From assembly GCA_964634535.1 (NCBI GenBank), contig CAZWMF010000001.1:1-39681 (forward strand): 39,681 bases of DNA. Direction: 5' to 3'. A model generated the notes under the pieces. It was not told the origin of the DNA and searched no databases. It was given only the letters and a program-made list of their open reading frames with translations. This document shows, piece by piece, positions 24,412 to 33,910 of the stretch. The DNA is from an uncultured Opitutaceae bacterium (GTDB lineage Bacteria; Verrucomicrobiota; Verrucomicrobiia; Opitutales; Opitutaceae). Position 1 is the stretch's first letter, and each line of letters opens with the position of its first letter. The position numbers were made by a program, and so were the translations under genes.

Positions 24412-24660
24412 CCCGGGCAAATCTGGCGCAATCTTCGCTCCTGGGTCAGGTGCTCTCAGCGGAACCCTCCGGGGCGGCGCTTCGCCAGGACCCAAAAAGC
24501 CGACACGCCGCGCCTCATCGAGCGGGGCGCCCGAGTCGGTTTGGGAGGCTCCGCTAGGCTTAGGGCAAGCTGACCCACGACCCCATCTTCGCCGGTTTTG
24601 CGCGGGACGCGGAAACCGCGCTTTACTCCCTCAAGGAAGGACCTGAAAGTAACCAAACTG

Positions 24661-27513
24661 ATGCCGACCCCAATCAGAATCCTGCGTGCGTTGGTTCTCC
24701 TCGGAATGGGCGCTTTCGCGCTGGCAGCTGGTTCCGCGTGGGCGGCGATCGAACGCCAGGCCGACGGCGTCGTCATCCCGTTGACCGACGGAACCCTGCT
24801 CAAGCTCGAGGTGCGTTCCCCCACCGTGATCCGCGTCCTGCGGGCCAAGGACCGGACCTTCTTTGCCCATGCCAGCCTCGTCGTGACCGAGCCACGGGAA
24901 GCGGTCCCCCCCTGGGACCTCACGCAAGACGCCGGCCAGGCCGAGCTCGCCACCGCCGCCCTCCGCGTGCACATCGATCTGGCCACGGGAACGATCGCAT
25001 TCCGGGATCGCCAAGGCGTTCTGATCCTGGCCGAACAGCGGGCCGGCACCGAACTCCAACCGATCCAAGTCCAGGGCCTGGCCACTTATGAGGTTGCCCA
25101 ACGCTGGGAGCCAAACCCGGGCGAGGCTCTGTACGGCCTGGGCCAGCACCAATTCGGCTTCGTCAACCTCAAGGGCCACAGCCTCGACCTGTGGCAGCAC
25201 AACACGGAGGTGGCCCTGCCCTTGCTCGTCTCGAGCCGGGGATACGGACTGCTCTGGGACAATCCGGCCTATACCCGCTTTGGGGACCGGCGCGCGCCCC
25301 GGGCGATCCCCGCCGACCAGCTCACCGACGCGGACGGTCGCCCGGGCGGGCTAACCGTGTCGTATTTTGCCGGCGAGGATTTCACGCGCCCAATCGTCCG
25401 CCGCGACACCGCGTCGGTCGCGATCCGCCTGGCGTCCCGGGAGGCCCTGAATCGGCGCCCCATACCGCCGGATTTTCCGGCGGGGGCCCGGTCGGTCCGC
25501 TGGGAGGGAACCGTCCAGGCCACCGATGCCGGCGAGTACACCTTCGATGCCCGGTTCATCTACGGCTTCCGCCTATGGCTCGACGACCGGCTAGCGATGG
25601 ACCACTGGCGCCAGGACTGGCTGCCGGGTGACGAACAGGCCCAAATCCACCTGGAAGCGGGCCAGCGGGTTCGCCTGCGGGCCGAATGGTTCAAGAGCGG
25701 CCGGGGCGGCGACGTGGCTCTGAAATGGCTGACGCCTTCGCCCGAGGCGCCGAGCACGTCCCTGTGGTCCCAGGCCGGCGGCGGGCTCGACTATTATTTC
25801 ATCGCCGGACCGCGCATCGACCAGGTGATCGCCGGTTATCGCCGGCTCACGGGCACGGCGCCCCTGATGCCGATCTGGGCCTTTGGCCTGTGGCAATCGC
25901 GGCAGCGCTACAAGACCCAGGCGGAAATCCTGGATACGCTCGCCGAATTCCGTCGGCGCGCCATCCCGATCGACGACATCGTCCTCGACTGGTTCTATTG
26001 GCCGGAGAACGCCTGGGGCTCCCATCAGTTTGATCCGGCCCGCTTCCCGGATCCGGCCGGCATGATCCGGGCGGTGCACGACGCGTATCATGCCCACTTC
26101 ATGATTTCGGTGTGGCCAAAGTTCTATACGGGCACCGCCAATTTTGCGGAGCTGCAGGCCAAGGGTCTGCTCTACGCGCCCAATCTGCGCGAGGGCATCC
26201 GCGACTGGGTGGGCTATCCGGACACCTTCTACGATGCGTTCAATCCCGAGGGCCGACGGGTCTTCTGGAGCCAGATCGATCGGGCGCTATTCCGCTTGGG
26301 AGTCGACGCCTGGTGGCTGGACGCCTCCGAGCCCGACCTGCTGCCCCAGCCCTCGCTCGCGGGCACGCTCACCCACATGAATCCGACGGCGCTCGGCCCC
26401 GCTTCCCAGGTGCTCAACGCCTATCCGCTCATGAACAGCACGGCGGTGGCCGAGGGCCAGCGGACGGCGGCGCCCGACCAGCGGGTATTCATTCTCACCC
26501 GCTCCGCCTTCGGCGGCCAGCAGCGCAACGCGGCGGCGACCTGGTCGGGCGACACGTCCTCCACCTGGACAGCCTTGCGCAAACAGGTTCCGGCCGCGCT
26601 GGGCTTCTCGATTTCCGGCATTCCCTATTGGACGATGGACATCGGCGGATTTGCGGTGCCCCCGCGATTCTCCGATCCCCACGCCAGCGCCGCCACCGTC
26701 GCGGAATGGCGCGAACTCAACACGCGCTGGTTCGAATTCGGGACCTTCGTTCCGCTCCTGCGCGTCCACGGCGAAATGCCCTTCCGCGAGATGTGGCAGT
26801 TCGGCGGCGAAACCGATCCGGCCTATCGGGCCCAGTTGAAGTTCGATCGGCTGCGCTACCGCTTGCTGCCCTATATCTATTCGCTGGCGGGCGCGGTGAC
26901 GCGCGAGGATGGCACCATCCTGCGGCCCCTGGTCATGGACTTTCCCGACGATCCCCGCGTCCTCGACATCGCCGACCAATACCTCTTCGGGCCCGCCTTG
27001 CTCGTGAGTCCGGTGACGGCGTTTCGGGAGCGCCGCCGGCCAGTGTATCTACCGGATGGGACCGCGTGGTACGATTTTTGGACCGGGACCGTCCAGGCGG
27101 GCGGGCGGTCCATCGAGGCCGCCGCGCCCTTCGACGAAATTCCCATCCACGTCCGGGCCGGAGCCATCGTGCCCTTTGGCCCGCCCTTGCAATACACGCT
27201 GGAAAAGCCGGCCGACCCGCTCACCGTCTACGTGTACGCCGGCGCCGACGGCGCCTTCACGGTGTACGAGGACGACGGCTTGACCAATGGCTACACCCGC
27301 GGAGCGTACAGCCTCATTCCCGTGACCTGGAACGACGCCCGGCACGTGCTGACCCTCGGCGCCCGGACCGGTTCGTTTGCCGGCATGCGGGCGGAGCGAA
27401 CCATGCGCATCGTCCGGGTGGCGCCCGATCATCCATCCGGCTATCCCTTCGACGGCCCGGCGGACCGCGAGGTGCGCTACACCGGCCAAGCCGTCGCGGT
27501 CACGTTACCTTAA
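24661..27513 (+). CDS. GH31 glycoside hydrolase with inserted PA14 domain (alpha-xylosidase-like)
   Basis: Signal peptide MPTPIRILRALVLLGMGAFALAAGSAWA. A PA14-like insert is present (GGLTVSYFAGEDF...VRWEGTVQATDAGEYTF...GFRLWLDD). The GH31 catalytic region includes VDAWWLDASEPD (nucleophile Asp context), YWTMDIGGF and RVHG. The architecture resembles PA14-bearing alpha-xylosidases. Confidence 0.8.
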   Translation: MPTPIRILRALVLLGMGAFALAAGSAWAAIERQADGVVIPLTDGTLLKLEVRSPTVIRVLRAKDRTFFAHASLVVTEPREAVPPWDLTQDAGQAELATAALRVHIDLATGTIAFRDRQGVLILAEQRAGTELQPIQVQGLATYEVAQRWEPNPGEALYGLGQHQFGFVNLKGHSLDLWQHNTEVALPLLVSSRGYGLLWDNPAYTRFGDRRAPRAIPADQLTDADGRPGGLTVSYFAGEDFTRPIVRRDTASVAIRLASREALNRRPIPPDFPAGARSVRWEGTVQATDAGEYTFDARFIYGFRLWLDDRLAMDHWRQDWLPGDEQAQIHLEAGQRVRLRAEWFKSGRGGDVALKWLTPSPEAPSTSLWSQAGGGLDYYFIAGPRIDQVIAGYRRLTGTAPLMPIWAFGLWQSRQRYKTQAEILDTLAEFRRRAIPIDDIVLDWFYWPENAWGSHQFDPARFPDPAGMIRAVHDAYHAHFMISVWPKFYTGTANFAELQAKGLLYAPNLREGIRDWVGYPDTFYDAFNPEGRRVFWSQIDRALFRLGVDAWWLDASEPDLLPQPSLAGTLTHMNPTALGPASQVLNAYPLMNSTAVAEGQRTAAPDQRVFILTRSAFGGQQRNAAATWSGDTSSTWTALRKQVPAALGFSISGIPYWTMDIGGFAVPPRFSDPHASAATVAEWRELNTRWFEFGTFVPLLRVHGEMPFREMWQFGGETDPAYRAQLKFDRLRYRLLPYIYSLAGAVTREDGTILRPLVMDFPDDPRVLDIADQYLFGPALLVSPVTAFRERRRPVYLPDGTAWYDFWTGTVQAGGRSIEAAAPFDEIPIHVRAGAIVPFGPPLQYTLEKPADPLTVYVYAGADGAFTVYEDDGLTNGYTRGAYSLIPVTWNDARHVLTLGARTGSFAGMRAERTMRIVRVAPDHPSGYPFDGPADREVRYTGQAVAVTLP

Positions 27514-28619
27514 CTTGGCGCGATTCGCGTCTGCGCCGGCGGCGGGCCCACCGAGGCGCGAATGACCAAATCGACTGCAAATACCGTCGGCCGCGCGGGC
27601 GCCGGCCGCGCGTCGGCCGAATCGCCCATGCGGTCCAAGAGGAGTTCGACCGCCCGAGATCCCATGGCGCGCAATGGTTGGCGCACCGCGGCCAATTGCG
27701 GCACCGTCGTGCGAGCGGCTACCGTGTCGTCGAACCCCGCCACGGACATATCCTCGGGCGCCTTTAGCCCGACTTCGGCCATGGCTTCCAGGCAGCCCAT
27801 GGCGATGGCGTCGTTGGCGCAGAACACCGCCTGCGGCAAGGGCTGACCGACATGCTCCCGCAGCCAGCGGCGAAAGGCGCCGTATCCGCCCGGGGCGCTG
27901 AAGGCGGACTCGCACACGAGGTCGGGGTCGAAACGGATCCGGCCGGCCGTCAATGCCCGACGGTAACCGCGCAGGCGCCGCAGCGCACCCAGGGCGCCCC
28001 GCTCGCCCCCCAGATGCAGAATCCGCCGGTGGCCGAGCTCGATCAAATGGCGCACCATCTGGCAGGCGCCCGATTCCTCGTCGCTCTCCAAGTTGATGAC
28101 GCCGGGCAGAGGGTGATTGGCGTGGAGCGCCACAAAGGGCGTGTGCGGCGGCAGGGCCCGGCCGGCGGCCGTGGGCATCCGGGGACCGACCAGGATCATC
28201 CCGTCGATGCGGCCGTCGCAAAAACCGCCGAGGCGCGCCGCATCCTCCGCCCAGTTAGCCAGAGAGAACACCGTGGTGTTCTGCCCGTGGGCCGTCGCCG
28301 CCGCGACCACCCCGGCGAACACCTCCAGAAAGTAGGCGTCGATCTCGCCGTCGCCGAAGACCGCGGCGACCCCGATCGTGTTCATCCGCCGATTGGCCAA
28401 CGCGCGGGCGGCGGCGTTGGGCCGATAGCGCAGCCGAGCGGCCGCGGCGAAGATCCGCTCCCGCGTGCCCGCGGAAATGCGCGAGGAGGTGCGGGCCGCG
28501 TTGAGCACCGCCGAAACCGCCATCGCCGAAACGCCGGCGGCCCGGCCGACATCGGCCAGGGTGGCCGCCCGCTTCGAAGAATGCTGCCGAATATGGACCA
28601 TCGACCGGCCTACTCTCAC
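27510..28619 (-). CDS. LacI-family transcriptional regulator
   Basis: The N-terminal HTH is ATLADVGRAAGVSAMAVSAVLN...SAGTRERIFAAAARLRYRPNAAARAL. A periplasmic-binding-protein-like sugar-binding core follows. An alternative start (MVHIRQ) lies at 28601. Confidence 0.9.
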   Translation of the reverse strand: MRVGRSMVHIRQHSSKRAATLADVGRAAGVSAMAVSAVLNAARTSSRISAGTRERIFAAAARLRYRPNAAARALANRRMNTIGVAAVFGDGEIDAYFLEVFAGVVAAATAHGQNTTVFSLANWAEDAARLGGFCDGRIDGMILVGPRMPTAAGRALPPHTPFVALHANHPLPGVINLESDEESGACQMVRHLIELGHRRILHLGGERGALGALRRLRGYRRALTAGRIRFDPDLVCESAFSAPGGYGAFRRWLREHVGQPLPQAVFCANDAIAMGCLEAMAEVGLKAPEDMSVAGFDDTVAARTTVPQLAAVRQPLRAMGSRAVELLLDRMGDSADARPAPARPTVFAVDLVIRASVGPPPAQTRIAPS

Positions 28620-28700
28620 GAAATTGCCCGGCCTTGTCCCGGCTTTTTTGGTCGATTTATCCTCTGGATGGGCGTTTTCTGAGCGTTCTACCCCACCCCT

Positions 28701-30947
28701 ATGCGAGTGCGCCTCCTCCGCCCGGTCTCGCTATCAATCGTCTTGGCCGTCGGCCGGCTCGTGAGTGTCGCCTCGGCGGCGCCGGCCCGGGAGTCGTACC
28801 ACTGGGACAACGTGCGCATTGGCGCCGGCGGCTTCGTCACCGGGATCGTCTTTCATCCGAAGGCGGCCGGACTGGCCTATGCCCGCACCGACGTCGGCGG
28901 AGCCTATCGGTGGGAGGCCGCCACCGCCCGCTGGGTGCCCTTGCTCGATTGGATCAGCCGGCCCGATTGGAACCTGATGGGAGTGGAGAGTCTGGCGGTC
29001 GACCCGGGCGATCCCCGCCGCGTCTATCTCGCGGTCGGCACCTACACCTTTCCCGGGGCGAGCAATGGCGCGATCCTGCGCTCGGCCGACCAGGGGCGCA
29101 CCTGGCTGCGCGCGGACTTGCCGTTCCGCCTGGGCGGCAATGAAACCGGCCGCGGCAATGGCGAACGCCTGGCCGTCGACCCGCTCGCTCCGGCCATAAT
29201 CTATTTCGGCACGCGCCGCGACGGCCTGTGGCGCAGCCGCGACGCCGGCGAACATTGGACCAAGGTCCCCGGCTTCCCGGATGTGCCCGTATCGGCCACG
29301 GAAGATCCCCTGACCTCATGGCAGGGGAGCCCGGCGCAAGCCGTCGGCATCGTCTGCGTGCAATTCGACCCGCGGGGCGCGGTGGCGGGCCAACCCACGC
29401 CGACCGTCTATGCGGCGGTCTCCACCCGGGCGGTGTCGCTCTTCGTCAGCCACGACGCGGGCGCAAGCTGGCAGGCGCTGGCCGGTCAGCCCACCGGACT
29501 GCGGCCCAACCATCTCGTCCTGTCGGCCGACGGCCAGCTCTATATCTCGTACGGCCTCGACCCCGGCCCGAACGCCATGCGCGACGGCGCGGTGTGGCGC
29601 CTCGACCCCGGCAAAGGATCTTGGACGGACATCACGCCGATCAAGCCGGCCGCCACCGACCAGACTTTTGGCTATGGCGCCGTAGCCGTGGATCCCGCCC
29701 ATCCGCAGACGGTGATGGTCGCCACATTCTGCCATTGGAGCCCCCACGACGAGATCTTCCGGAGCACCGACGGCGGCCGCTCCTGGCGCCCGCTGCTCGA
29801 CTCCTCGACCTGGGATCACACCAACGCGCCCTGGACCCGCGCGATGACGCCGCACTGGATTTCCTGTATCGCAATCGACCCGTTTGCCGCCGACCACGTC
29901 CTGTTCACCACGGGCTACGGAATCTGGGCCGGCGCGAACCTCACCCGCACCGACGCGGGCGAACGGGCGCACTGGACCTTTGCCGATACCGGATTCGAGG
30001 AAATCGTGCCGCTCGACCTGATCAGCCCGCCGGAAGGCGCGCATCTGCTGAGCGCCGTGGCCGATCTCGACGGCTTTCGGCACGACGACCTCGGGATCGC
30101 CCCGCCAGCCTTCGCCGCACCGCCGCGATTTAGCAACTGCACCTCGATCGATTTCGCGGGCCGGGCGCCGCGCTGGGTGGCCCGGGTCGGCATGGCCCGC
30201 CATGGAGGGGACCAGGTGAATGGCGGCGGCTGGTCGGACGATGGCGGCGCCACCTGGACCGCGTTCCCCGCGGTGCCCGCCGGTATCCGCGGCTCCGGCG
30301 CGGTGGCCGTGGCGGCCGACGGCGCCACCCTCGTTTGGGCGCCCTGGGGCGTGGTCGCCCATCGGTCGACCGACCGCGGGCGCACCTGGACCGCGTGCCA
30401 GGGCCTGCCCGCTGGCGCGGCGATCGCCGCCGACCGGGCTGATCCCCTGTCCTTTTACGGTTTCGACGGCCAAACCGGACAGGCCTTCGCCAGCCGCGAC
30501 GGCGGCGCCAGTTTCGGGCCCGGTGCCACCATCCTGGCCGCCGCGTCGGGCCGCCGTTCGAACGACGCCGATCTGCAAGCGGTGGCCGACCGGCCCGGCG
30601 ACGTCTGGCTCGGCACCGATGCGGGACTGTTCCATTCCACCGACGGCGCCGCGCATTTTTCCCGGATCGCCGGTCCCGATTCGGCGCCGGCCGTCGGCCT
30701 GGGCCGGGCGGCACCCGGCCGCTCCTACCCCGCGATATTTGTCGCCGGCACCTGGGGCGGCGAGTCGGGCCTGGGCCGCTCGGACGACGCCGGCCTGACG
30801 TGGGCCCTGATCACCGACGCCGCCCATCAATTCTCCGCGGTATCGCGCCTAACCGGCGACCCGCGGGTATTCGGCCGGGTCTACCTGACCACCGGCGGGC
30901 GCGGCATCATCACCGGAGAGCCCGCCACCGTACCGACCCGGCCTTAG
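28701..30947 (+). CDS. GH74-type xyloglucanase (double beta-propeller with Asp-box/BNR repeats)
   Basis: After the signal peptide comes WDNVRIGAGGFVTGIVFHP...YARTDVGGAYRW, the characteristic GH74 N-terminal signature. There are nine S-x-D-x-G-x-(T/S/H)-(W/F) Asp boxes, for example SADQGRTW, SRDAGEHW, SHDAGASW, STDGGRSW and SDDGGATW. Confidence 0.8.
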   Translation: MRVRLLRPVSLSIVLAVGRLVSVASAAPARESYHWDNVRIGAGGFVTGIVFHPKAAGLAYARTDVGGAYRWEAATARWVPLLDWISRPDWNLMGVESLAVDPGDPRRVYLAVGTYTFPGASNGAILRSADQGRTWLRADLPFRLGGNETGRGNGERLAVDPLAPAIIYFGTRRDGLWRSRDAGEHWTKVPGFPDVPVSATEDPLTSWQGSPAQAVGIVCVQFDPRGAVAGQPTPTVYAAVSTRAVSLFVSHDAGASWQALAGQPTGLRPNHLVLSADGQLYISYGLDPGPNAMRDGAVWRLDPGKGSWTDITPIKPAATDQTFGYGAVAVDPAHPQTVMVATFCHWSPHDEIFRSTDGGRSWRPLLDSSTWDHTNAPWTRAMTPHWISCIAIDPFAADHVLFTTGYGIWAGANLTRTDAGERAHWTFADTGFEEIVPLDLISPPEGAHLLSAVADLDGFRHDDLGIAPPAFAAPPRFSNCTSIDFAGRAPRWVARVGMARHGGDQVNGGGWSDDGGATWTAFPAVPAGIRGSGAVAVAADGATLVWAPWGVVAHRSTDRGRTWTACQGLPAGAAIAADRADPLSFYGFDGQTGQAFASRDGGASFGPGATILAAASGRRSNDADLQAVADRPGDVWLGTDAGLFHSTDGAAHFSRIAGPDSAPAVGLGRAAPGRSYPAIFVAGTWGGESGLGRSDDAGLTWALITDAAHQFSAVSRLTGDPRVFGRVYLTTGGRGIITGEPATVPTRP

Positions 30948-30956
30948 ATTTTTACC

Positions 30957-33827
30957 ATGCGTTACCTCAAGACCCTGCTGTCCCTCCTCTGCCTGCTCGG
31001 CGCAGCCGGCGCGGCCCGCGCCGATTCCGCCCCCATCGCCAGCCCCCGCGATCGTCTGCTGCTCGATTTTGGCTGGAAATTCCACCTGGGCGACGACTGG
31101 GGACCGGGCTATCTCCTGACCAAGGCCGGCACCGGCATCGGTCCGGCCAGCACCAACTTCAGCGACGCGAGCTGGCGCTCGGTCGATTTGCCCCACGACT
31201 GGGCCGTCGAGTTGCCCTTCGATCCGAAGGCCGACATCTCGCACGGTTTCAAGCCGGTCGGCCCCGGCTTTCCGCAGAACAACGTCGGCTGGTATCGGCG
31301 CACCTTCGCGCTGCCGAAGGCCGACGCCGGCCGGCGCATCTGGCTGGAATTCGACGGGGTGTTCCGCGACAGCACGGTCTTCGTCAACGGCTGGTTCGTG
31401 GGCCGCCAGCCCAGCGGCTACAGCAGCTTTCGCTACGACATCACCGATATCGCCCAGTGCGGCGAGCCCAACGTGGTGACCGTGCGGGTCGACGTTTCCC
31501 AGCTCGAAGGCTGGTTTTACGAGGGCGCGGGCATCTACCGGCACGTCTGGCTGGTCAAGACATCCCCCCTGGCCATCGCGCCAGACGGCGTGGGCGTTGC
31601 CAGCCGCTTCGCCGGCGATCCCACCGCCGGCCCGGCGGAGATCGACCTGCAGGCGCGCATTCAAAACGACGGCCCTGCGGCCGCGGGCACGGCCACCTGG
31701 GAAATCCTCGCCCCGGACGGCCGGACTCTCGCCACGGCGAGCCAACCCTTCCAGGCAGCCGCGGCGGGCACCGTCGATCTGTCCGCCCGCACGCAGGTCG
31801 ACGTACCCGAACTGTGGTCGCCCGAAACCCCTCGGCTTTACACGCTGGTCACGCGCATCCAGAGCGGCGGCGTCGCGGTCGACCAGGTCAAAACCCATTT
31901 TGGCATCCGCACGGTCGGCTTCGACCCGAATCGCGGCTTTCTGCTCAACGGCCGGCCCTACGAGCTCAAGGGCACCTGCAACCACCAGGATCACGCCGGG
32001 GTGGGCGCGGCCCTGCCCGACGCCCTGCAGGACTTCCGGATCGCCCGCCTGAAGGAGATGGGCAGCAACGCCTACCGCACCTCGCACAACGCGCCGACTC
32101 CCGAACTGCTCGATGCCTGCGACCGGCTGGGCATGCTCGTCATGGACGAAAACCGGCTCCTCGGCAGCGACGCGGCCAATCTCGAGCGCCTGGACAACCA
32201 GATCCGCCGCGACCGCAATCACGCAAGCGTCGCCATCTGGTCGATCGCCAACGAGGAGTTCGCGGTGCAGGGCACCGCCGCCGCCGGGCGCGTCGCCACG
32301 ACCATGCAGGCGCATATCCGGCGCATCGACCCGACGCGGCCCATCACCTACGCGGCGCCGGTCGGCGACGAATTCGTCGGCATCAACGCGGTCATCGAGG
32401 TCCGCGGCTGGAACTACCATGTGGGCTCCGGCATGGATGACTACCACCGCGAGCATCCGCTTCAGCCCAACGTCGGCACCGAGCAGGCGAGCACGGTCGG
32501 CACCCGGGGCATCTACGCCAACGATCCGGTCCGCGGCTATGTGACCGCCTACGACGACAGCGCGCCGTCCTGGGCCCAGACCGCCGAGACCTGGTGGACC
32601 TACTTCGACGCCCGGCCGTGGCTATCGGGCGGTTTCGCCTGGACCGGCTTCGACTACCGGGGCGAGCCGACGCCCTACGCCTGGCCCTGCATCAGTTCGC
32701 ATTTCGGCATCATGGACACCTGCGGGTTCCCCAAGGACAATTACTTCTACTACCAGTCCTGGTGGACCGCGGCGCCGGTATTGCACCTCATGCCCCACTG
32801 GAACTGGGCCGGCCGCGAGGGCCAGGTGATCGACGTGCGCGCCCTGAGCAATTGCGACGCGGTCGAGCTTTCCCTCAACGGTCGCGATCTCGGCCGGCAA
32901 ACCCTGGCCCGCGATTCGGTGGCGCGCTGGAAGGTGCCCTACGCGCCCGGCGTGCTCTCCGCCCGCGGTTACCGCGGCGGCCAACTCGTGGCCGAGACGA
33001 AGGTCGAGACGACGGGAGCGCCCGCCGCACTGCGCCTGACGCCCGACCGCACGACGATCGGCGCCGACGGTCGCGATGTCTCGGTGATCACGGTCGCGGT
33101 CGTCGACGCGCAGGGTCGGGTGGTCCCGACCGCCGGCACGGCGGTGCAATTCGACCTGGCCGGGCCCGGGCGTATCATCGGCGTGGGCAATGGCGACCCC
33201 AGCTGCCATGAACCCGACGTGTATGTGCGCGGATCGGTGGCGCGGTGCATCCCGATCAACGCCTGGCGCTGGACTAAAATCGACGACCCGTACGCGGACA
33301 AACGCCCCGAAACGGGGGTGCAGTTCGACGACTCGGCCTGGGCGACGGCCGATGCGACCGCCGAAAGCGGACCCTTCGGACCGTCGGACAAGGGCGTGAT
33401 GCGCACCCATTTCACCGTGGCTCCGGCCGATTTGTCGGCGGCGGTGGTCGAACTGACTTTCGGCAAGATCGAGGGCGGACTCACCGTATTCGTGAACGGC
33501 GTCAAGGTGGGCCCGGCCGGCGATGCCCGCGGGCCGTCGGTGTACGACGTCAAGGCGCTCCTGCACCCCGGAGAAAACACGGCGGCGGTCATTATCGCCA
33601 ATTACGGCGTGGCGGCCGGCGTCAATCGCGGCGTCAATCTTCGCCTGCAGGACCCCGCCCCCGCCCCGCAGTGGAGCCGGAGCGTGTTCAACGGACTCGG
33701 CCAGATCATCGTCCAAGGTTCGCGCACGAGCGGCGCCCTGGCGCTGACCGCCGCCGCCGCCGCGCTCGCGCCGGCCACGGCGACGATCCAAACCCAGGCG
33801 GTCGCCCTCGCGCCCGCGGTGCCTTAA
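30957..33827 (+). CDS. GH2 glycoside hydrolase (beta-galactosidase-like) with C-terminal accessory domains
   Basis: Signal peptide, then FGWKFHLGD...WRSVDLPHDWAVE...GWYRRTF (GH2 sugar-binding domain). The acid/base context is NHASVAIWSIANEE. It starts 9 nt after the GH74 gene stop, so co-transcription is likely. Confidence 0.85.
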   Translation: MRYLKTLLSLLCLLGAAGAARADSAPIASPRDRLLLDFGWKFHLGDDWGPGYLLTKAGTGIGPASTNFSDASWRSVDLPHDWAVELPFDPKADISHGFKPVGPGFPQNNVGWYRRTFALPKADAGRRIWLEFDGVFRDSTVFVNGWFVGRQPSGYSSFRYDITDIAQCGEPNVVTVRVDVSQLEGWFYEGAGIYRHVWLVKTSPLAIAPDGVGVASRFAGDPTAGPAEIDLQARIQNDGPAAAGTATWEILAPDGRTLATASQPFQAAAAGTVDLSARTQVDVPELWSPETPRLYTLVTRIQSGGVAVDQVKTHFGIRTVGFDPNRGFLLNGRPYELKGTCNHQDHAGVGAALPDALQDFRIARLKEMGSNAYRTSHNAPTPELLDACDRLGMLVMDENRLLGSDAANLERLDNQIRRDRNHASVAIWSIANEEFAVQGTAAAGRVATTMQAHIRRIDPTRPITYAAPVGDEFVGINAVIEVRGWNYHVGSGMDDYHREHPLQPNVGTEQASTVGTRGIYANDPVRGYVTAYDDSAPSWAQTAETWWTYFDARPWLSGGFAWTGFDYRGEPTPYAWPCISSHFGIMDTCGFPKDNYFYYQSWWTAAPVLHLMPHWNWAGREGQVIDVRALSNCDAVELSLNGRDLGRQTLARDSVARWKVPYAPGVLSARGYRGGQLVAETKVETTGAPAALRLTPDRTTIGADGRDVSVITVAVVDAQGRVVPTAGTAVQFDLAGPGRIIGVGNGDPSCHEPDVYVRGSVARCIPINAWRWTKIDDPYADKRPETGVQFDDSAWATADATAESGPFGPSDKGVMRTHFTVAPADLSAAVVELTFGKIEGGLTVFVNGVKVGPAGDARGPSVYDVKALLHPGENTAAVIIANYGVAAGVNRGVNLRLQDPAPAPQWSRSVFNGLGQIIVQGSRTSGALALTAAAAALAPATATIQTQAVALAPAVP

Positions 33828-33835
33828 CCCGGATC

Positions 33836-33866
33836 GGGCGCCGCAGGTCCCGACCGGGCGGCGCCC
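33836..33866 (+). terminator. GC-rich hairpin downstream of the GH2 gene (possible intrinsic terminator)
   Basis: gggcgccgc (33836-33844) pairs perfectly with gcggcgccc (33858-33866). It is followed by the pyrimidine/T-rich stretch aaattcccttcccttttcgtcccggattttt. Confidence 0.35.
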
Positions 33867-33910
33867 AAATTCCCTTCCCTTTTCGTCCCGGATTTTTAGC
33901 ATTAGCGCGC

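Noticed and set aside
24443-24576. Possible third, degenerate copy of the 175-nt element between the S8 protease and GH31 genes. It has an imperfect long inverted repeat (gggtcag...agcggaaccctcc / ggaggctccgct...ctgaccc) and shares words with copies A and B: ccctccggggc, gcttcgccagg (matching the reverse complement of B's 3' side), ctcatcgag and ggtttgggagg.
   Set aside because: The shared words occur in inconsistent orientations, the conserved apical motif gctccactgcg..gatcact is absent, and the stem is much less regular. By eye I cannot distinguish a decayed relative from chance similarity in G+C-rich DNA. It needs a covariance-model or nhmmer search.
24456-25085. A 209-aa ORF on the - strand spanning the S8/GH31 intergenic region and the GH31 5' end.
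   Set aside because: It is an Arg/Ala/Ser/Trp-rich translation without motifs. It is antisense to the well-supported GH31 signal peptide and N-terminal domain, so it is a likely shadow ORF.
33828-33910. A PyrR-binding attenuator (anti-terminator/terminator with the UCCAGAGAGG-type loop) upstream of pyrR or pyrB.
   Set aside because: The hairpin at 33836-33866 has no PyrR-box-like loop sequence and is better explained as the GH2 gene terminator. The pyrR-pyrB gap is only 5 nt, leaving no room for an attenuator.
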